A DNA stretch of 64,000 bases from Octopus vulgaris. Lineage: Eukaryota. Position 1 is the stretch's first letter. Each line of letters starts with the position of its first letter. Positions 57,583-64,000 of the stretch are shown here, piece after piece. The notes under the pieces are model-generated. The model saw nothing but the letters and a program-made list of their open reading frames with translations. It had not been told where the DNA came from and did not search any database. The position numbers and the translations under genes are program-made. The stretch covers positions 73,718,001 through 73,782,000 of the forward strand of contig OX597822.1 of assembly GCA_951406725.2 (NCBI GenBank), read 5' to 3'.

Positions 57583-58008
57583 ATTCTTTTCTACTCTAAG
57601 CACAGGTCCGAAGTTTTGGGGGAGGGAGTCAGTCGATTAGATCAACTCCAGTACACAACTGGTACTTAATTTATCGATCCTCGAAAGGATGAAAGGCAAA
57701 GTCGCCCTCGGCAGAAATTGAACTCAGAACGTATTACGACAGGCGAAATACCTATTTCTTTACTACCCACAAGGGGCTAAACACAGGGAGGACAAACAAG
57801 GACAAACAAATGGATTAAGTCGATTATATCGACCCCAGTGCGTAACTGGTACTTATTTAATCGACCCCAGTGCGTAACTGGTACTTATTTAATCGACCCC
57901 GAAAGGCAAAGTCGACCTCGGCGGAATTTGAACTCACAACGTAGCGGCAGACGAAATACCGCTGACCATTTCGCCCGGCGTGCTAACGATTCTGCCAACT
58001 CGCCGCCT
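57583..58008 (-). mobile_element. SINE family B, two-core form with 31-bp internal duplication
   Basis: tcgaccccagtgcgtaactggtacttatttaa is repeated in tandem at ~57829-57895. Confidence 0.9.
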
Positions 58009-59021
58009 CTGTGCGTATATATGTATTTTATATCTGCGCATATCTTCCAATCGCTTCTGTAACATGCATATATACGTACTGCATTGAAAATGGGGATTCA
58101 CGGCAAATCAAACAATAAATTACCAGCAATTCAGATTTTTGCAAGCGACGATTGATGAAGAGAGAGACAGAAAGACCGAGAGAGAAGGAGAGATATAGGG
58201 GAAAGGGGGAGAGAGAGACAGAGAGACCGAAAGACACAAAGAGAGACAAATAGAGAGAGACAAAGAGAGAGGATGAGAGGCAAGAGAATCAGAAAGGTAG
58301 GAGGAGGAAGAGGAGGAGGGGGAGCGATGGCGATGACAGCTTGTTTGCAGTCTGTCAAGGCATAAACAACTTCTTCACACATCTAACCATATAACAAACT
58401 TCACCTTGGGATCACACGTTGCCCATGCATAGTTAAGTAAATTCATATTCTTTATATACACACAGACACATACATACACACATATGCGGGCGCACAGACA
58501 GACACACGGATATATGTATGTATATATATATATATATATATATGCTTGTATACATCTGGCATATGCACTCATACACCTCTATATCTATTTATCTATTTAT
58601 CTATCTATCTGCCTACCTACCTACCTACCTATCAATCTATCTATCTATAGATAGATATATAGATAGATATTTATCTATTTATATCTATCTATCTATCTAT
58701 CTATCTGCCTACCTGCCTACGTACGTACGTACGGACCTACCTACCTACCTACCTACCTACCTACCTACCTACCTACCTACCTACCTACCTACCTATCTAT
58801 CTATCTACCTATCAATCTACCTACCTACCTACCTACCTATCTATCTATCTGCCTACCTACCTACCTACCTACCTACCTACCTACCTACCTACCTACCTAT
58901 CAATCTATCTTTCTATCTACCTACCTACCTACATACATAAATACCTATCTTATCAATCTATCTTTCTATCTACCTACCTATCAATCTATCTTTCTATCTA
59001 CCTACTTACCTACCTACCTAC

Positions 59022-59093
<72 letters not shown>

Positions 59094-59359
59094 TTCCCTA
59101 ATCACTGTGTATGCGTATGAGCATGTTTACTGCTATAGATATGTGCGCATATGTGTGTACATATGTGCATGTGTGAACGTGAGTGTGTATGAGTGTTTGT
59201 GTGTGTGAATGTGTGTGCGCGCGTGTGTGTGTATGTGCGTGCTTGTGTGCGCGTGCGCTTATCTCTCTGTATCCAAATAATATAAATTTTCTATTGTCTC
59301 TTTCACTGACTAAATCTATTGTACTTATGAACAGTACAAACATTCCCTTTTGTATTATA

Positions 59360-59426
<67 letters not shown>

Positions 59427-59700
59427 ACACACACATGCACATGCACACACACCAGTATACTCACAGAAACACGGATATTGATCCATTGATTTGTACTCAT
59501 GTCATAATAATATTGTATTGTGTGAACGCCTCTGTATGATTTCTCTAAACGTGAGGAGCTGATCTGATGCACAGGGAAAACACCCAAATCTGCGCGCGCA
59601 TTCACACACGCACATACCCCCACAGAGACGCTTGCGCACAATGCATACACAAACAGCTATGTATAAATATACAGAGAGAGTGAAATTGAGAGAGAGAGTG

Positions 59701-59738
<38 letters not shown>

Positions 59739-59842
59739 AGAGAGAAAGGCGGTCATGTAGATTATGTATACACGCATGCATACGTAGACACACGTTTTAA
59801 ATGTAAGATTATATGGTCTAACAGTCGTGTGCAGACGTATGT

Positions 59843-59878
<36 letters not shown>

Positions 59879-59997
59879 ATTTGAATACATTTCTAGCTTT
59901 GTTCCAAAATACCTCCAAGAGGGAATATGCATGCAGGTTCGGCAACTGTTGCCAAAATGAAAAACAAAACAACATTAAAAAAAGAAAAAAAAAATAA

Positions 59998-60160
59998 GGC
60001 GCAGGAGTGGCTGTGTGGTAAGTAGCTTGCTAATCAACCACATGGTTCCGGGTTCAGTCCCACTGCGTGGCATCTTGGGTAAGTGTCTTCTGCTATAGCC
60101 CCGGGCAGACCAATGCCTTGTGAGTGGATTTGGTAGACGGAAACTTAAAGAAGCCTGTCG

Positions 60161-60197
<37 letters not shown>

Positions 60198-60408
60198 TTT
60201 GTGTGTCTGTGTTTGTCCCCCTAGCATTGCTTGACAACCGATGCTGGTGTGTTTACGTCCCCGTCACTTAGCGGTTCGGCAAAAGAGACCGATAGAATAA
60301 GTACTGGGCTTACAAAGAATAAGTCCCGGGGTCGATTTGCTCGACTAAAGGCGGTGCTCCAGCATGGCCGCAGTCAAATGACTGAAACAAGTAAAAGAGT
60401 AAAAGAGA
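59998..60408 (+). mobile_element. SINE family A, full length, young
   Basis: The most intact-looking family A copy in the window. Confidence 0.95.
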
Positions 60409-61733
60409 GAGAGAGTAAGTTAAAGCACATTTTGAAAACAAATATAGGAAAAAGAAAAACCCAGAATATTTTAGTCAGCTCATCCTAGATTGTCTCCGAA
60501 ATAATTAAAACTTCGTTATAACAATAATTCTGCCGAGACGATGTCTCAAATAAGACTAAGAGTACCTTGTATAATTTATTGCCTGCCCCAGCCTATAGCT
60601 GAGATAAGGCCATTCGCAGCGCGTTGTATCAATAGTAGCCAAGGATAAATAATAATTTGGCTTGGCAAGTAAGGTCCCCGGATATTATTGTCCGAGTTCC
60701 GGGGCTTATTGGACGAAGTGCTCCATTTCCAGGGCCTATAAGTGACCGAGATCACAACATCCTCCCTGAATAGTGTTACTCATTTGTTACTCAGTGGTAC
60801 ACATTTACAGCCGAATGGACTGGAGCAACGTGGAATGAAATGTTTTACTCAAGTTTCATAAGCATCGATGACTACTCAAAACCAACAGCACCTGGGGAGA
60901 TGAAGGTTTTCTCCCAGAGAAACATATGACACCCTAAAAATAGCTGGAGGCGGATACTGGGGCAGTATTTGGAAAAACAAAACTCCAATTGGAGAGAAGC
61001 AGAAAAGTCACCTTGGAGCCGAGAACAGCAGGGAAAAGTGCCTACGACCCATGTTCTTAAGAGAGCAAATGGTTTAACCCTCTCACCATGTTTCATATCG
61101 TAGATCTTCAGCACTAATCAATTTACCTCCTCACCCACACTTTTCTTGCACAACACTGACCCACAAATTTTTATATACACAAGCTAAACATTAGTCTCAC
61201 CGCATTAATTTCATCGCCTCAATTTCACCAATCGGGGAGAACTGACTAAGGAATGTGTATCGCATCTACTTCTTTGGCTATGTCATAAAAGACAAAAACC
61301 AAGACATTGGCAGAAGAAGCCTCACTTAAAATAGATGTTTGAGAAATGATGAAGAAAAATAAATATTCCTATATACACCCTGGGTGGGCTGAAAAATGAG
61401 CTGCCAGTACCAATATAAAAATATATTTCTAGCTTTGGTTGAAAATAAATCTGGAAGTTATAAGCCGGTTTGTGATCATTGTTACCAAGAGGGGCCGCAT
61501 ATAAAACGGTGTTCATTGTTCACTAAATCTTGTATGGTGCGAGTAAACTGCATTTTCCGCAGTAATTCGAAATCGTCAGAATATTGTTAAGATTATAAAG
61601 TGTCTACTTCTTTCTTTTTGTACACGCAAAATAAATTTACATGACCGGTTTCAAATCTCGTTTGGTTCTTTTGAAAGATAGCATAATATGTGATTTACTG
61701 ACGGAGGAAAATATAGCTAATATCTACCTATAC

Positions 61734-61806
<73 letters not shown>

Positions 61807-61816
61807 CATATATATC

Positions 61817-61850
<34 letters not shown>

Positions 61851-61854
<4 letters not shown>

Positions 61855-61982
61855 CAGCCGAAATTATTACGATGATCCGGTTCTTGACTGAAGACTGAGG
61901 GTTTTGAATGTCCTGTCCGTGTTTATTGTATCGTCTTCTAAGAGTTATACGTTCTTGTCCATGTTGTATTTTTCTTCATACC

Positions 61983-61985
<3 letters not shown>
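61851..61985 (+). mobile_element. Penelope-like small element fragment with hammerhead core remnant
   Basis: cagccgaaattattacgatgatccggttcttgaCTGAAGActgagggttttGAATgtcc. (TA)n on both sides. Confidence 0.55.
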
Positions 61986-62039
<54 letters not shown>

Positions 62040-62123
62040 ATGCACATATATATATGCATATATATATATATACATACATATATAGATATATATATATATA
62101 TATATATAGACATGCATATATAT

Positions 62124-62273
<150 letters not shown>

Positions 62274-62334
62274 TAAATATAAATATAGATATATATACAT
62301 ATATATATATATGCACACACACATATATAATGTA

Positions 62335-62550
62335 GAGAATATATGTTTATCGCCACTTCAATATGACTGTTCGATAGGAACCGATGTTACTACGGTTTTT
62401 AACCCCAGGAGGATCCTCCTCCAGCTGGCTATCGAGGCAATCTGCACCCGATAACCAGCTGGAGGAGAATCCTCTTGACGTTAAAAACGTTATAGTAACG
62501 TCGATTGCTATGGAACAGCCATGTTGAAGTGGCGATAAACTTTAGTTCTC
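62335..62550. repeat. fold-back (imperfect palindrome) element
   Basis: Paired arms gtttatcgccacttcaatatgactgttc / gaacagccatgttgaagtggcgataaac and tcctccagctgg / ccagctggagga. Confidence 0.85.
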
Positions 62551-62739
62551 AGTATAGTTGCTACTGTCATCTTTTATAAAGAGTTTCTAACTAGCTACTT
62601 TGCTTGTAGAGAATATATTTATTTATTTCTTTATTTAAATATCACATACCTTACAAATGAACATGTGTTTCAATAGCTGTGTTTTGAGGGGTTGTTACGT
62701 TCGTAAAGCACTTAATCTGTAATACAAACACTCTCTCAC

Positions 62740-62889
62740 ACATTATTTACATTATTTACATTCGACGGATATTTGTCCTCATCTTGTTTGTTGTTAACAC
62801 AACGTTTCGGTTGATATACCCTCCAACCTTCTTCAGGTGTCTTGGGTAAATTTCGAACCTGGGTTCTCATTCCTAAGGTATTTTTCGAA

Positions 62890-62948
<59 letters not shown>

Positions 62949-63045
62949 TATTATCATTATTATTAGCTTTCAGGTCACTGCTTGGAATCGAACTCGGAAT
63001 CTTGGGGTTAGTAGCCCGCACTCTTAACCACTACACCATATTCAC
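62740..63045 (-). mobile_element. tRNA-headed element with (AAT)n linker and hammerhead ribozyme (left arm)
   Basis: A box tggtgtagtggtt, B box gagttcgattcc, HHR at 62796-62841, (aatgtaaat)n tail. Confidence 0.85.
62796..62841 (-). ncRNA. minimal type I hammerhead ribozyme
   Basis: gacac-CTGAAGA-a-ggttgg-agggtata-tcaacc-GAAA-cg-TT-gtgtt. Confidence 0.8.
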
Positions 63046-63060
63046 TCCATAATTGCCCAC

Positions 63061-63156
63061 GGGAATATGGCGTAGTGTTTAAGAGCGTGGGCTACTAACC
63101 CCAAGATTCCGAGTTCGATTCCAAGCAGTGCCCTAAACACTAATAATAATAATAAT

Positions 63157-63221
<65 letters not shown>

Positions 63222-63391
63222 CAACAACAACAACAACATCGAAAAATACCTTAGGAATGAGAACCCAGGTTCGAAATTTCCCCAAAACACCTGAAGAAGG
63301 CTGGAGGGTATATCAGCCGAAACGTTGTGTTGACAACAAACAAGATGAGGACAAATACCCGTCGAATGTAAATAATGTAAATAATGTAAAT
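63061..63391 (+). mobile_element. tRNA-headed element with (AAT)n linker and hammerhead ribozyme (right arm)
   Basis: tRNA-like 63061-63133 (anticodon-like arm ggg-ctactaa-ccc, B box gagttcgattcc), HHR at 63286-63331, tail (aatgtaaat)3. Confidence 0.85.
63286..63331 (+). ncRNA. minimal type I hammerhead ribozyme, predicted cleavage after 63326
   Basis: aacac-CTGAAGA-a-ggctgg-agggtata-tcagcc-GAAA-cg-TT-gtgtt. Canonical core with loopless palindromic stem III (AACGUU). Confidence 0.8.
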
Positions 63392-63785
63392 ATAGAACTG
63401 TACTCTCTCACACACATATATAGATACATACACACACTCACACACAGACACACACACACACAGAGATAGTCATTCATGTAATCACATATATACTTGTGTA
63501 TCTATTTTGTTGACGTGTATCAAGAAAAGTCGATAAGGGAAACGACCAATCAGTGCGCTCAAACAGACGCAGCCGCGTCTTCTGCGTTTAGCCTAAAACC
63601 ATTCTTCAGGATGCTTTCGCATTATATATATGATAAGACATTTTCGGCATTTCTCTGTCTTTTGTCACTCAGTGGCAGTTACAAAGCTATTTTTCTCGCT
63701 CTAACGCGAGTTGAGCAAGGACATCGTAGAATTCACGACAAACCATTATGCAAATATTACGGTTGCATACTGTGTGCCGTACTCA

Positions 63786-63956
<171 letters not shown>

Positions 63957-64000
63957 TTACCTGTCTGAGATTGGCCTGCGGATGTACAGGGTTTTCAGGT

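Noticed and set aside
63061-63133. Genuine tRNA gene (also the SINE A-E heads)
   Set aside because: The acceptor and T stems are imperfect, the ACT anticodon is unusual, there is no poly-T terminator, and each head is fused to a repeat body.
63535-63600. Promoter from a CCAAT box (also a YY1-like cgccatctt at ~54269)
   Set aside because: These are isolated short motifs with no linked exon or CpG island.

Overview
This is a gene-free, AT-rich eukaryotic window made mostly of microsatellites ((TA)n, (CA)n, (GATA)n, (TATG)n, (TAA)n, (GAA)n) and small transposons. The SINE families suggest an Octopus/cephalopod genome; that is recognition from memory, not a search result. I can support no host exon, and almost every ORF in the track is translated microsatellite. 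Ordinary repeats include five tRNA-headed SINE families (A-E), a deleted mariner (37987-38552), R4/Dong and RTE LINE fragments, and a hAT-like MITE. The strongest signal is a set of small elements carrying type I hammerhead ribozyme (HHR) motifs. (1) A very young 360-bp tandem retrozyme-like repeat has three identical HHRs with a non-canonical CCGAUGA core, arranged as a head-to-head pair (50576-51677). (2) An older, unrelated ~343-bp HHR repeat has the same architecture (~23995-24548). (3) A tRNA-headed, SINE-like element carries an HHR in its 3' part. It occurs as a head-to-head pair with a compensatory stem II change and a flanking 13-bp direct repeat (62740-63391). (4) Several Penelope-like remnants carry minimal or variant HHR cores. 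All folds were read by eye and no activity has been tested.
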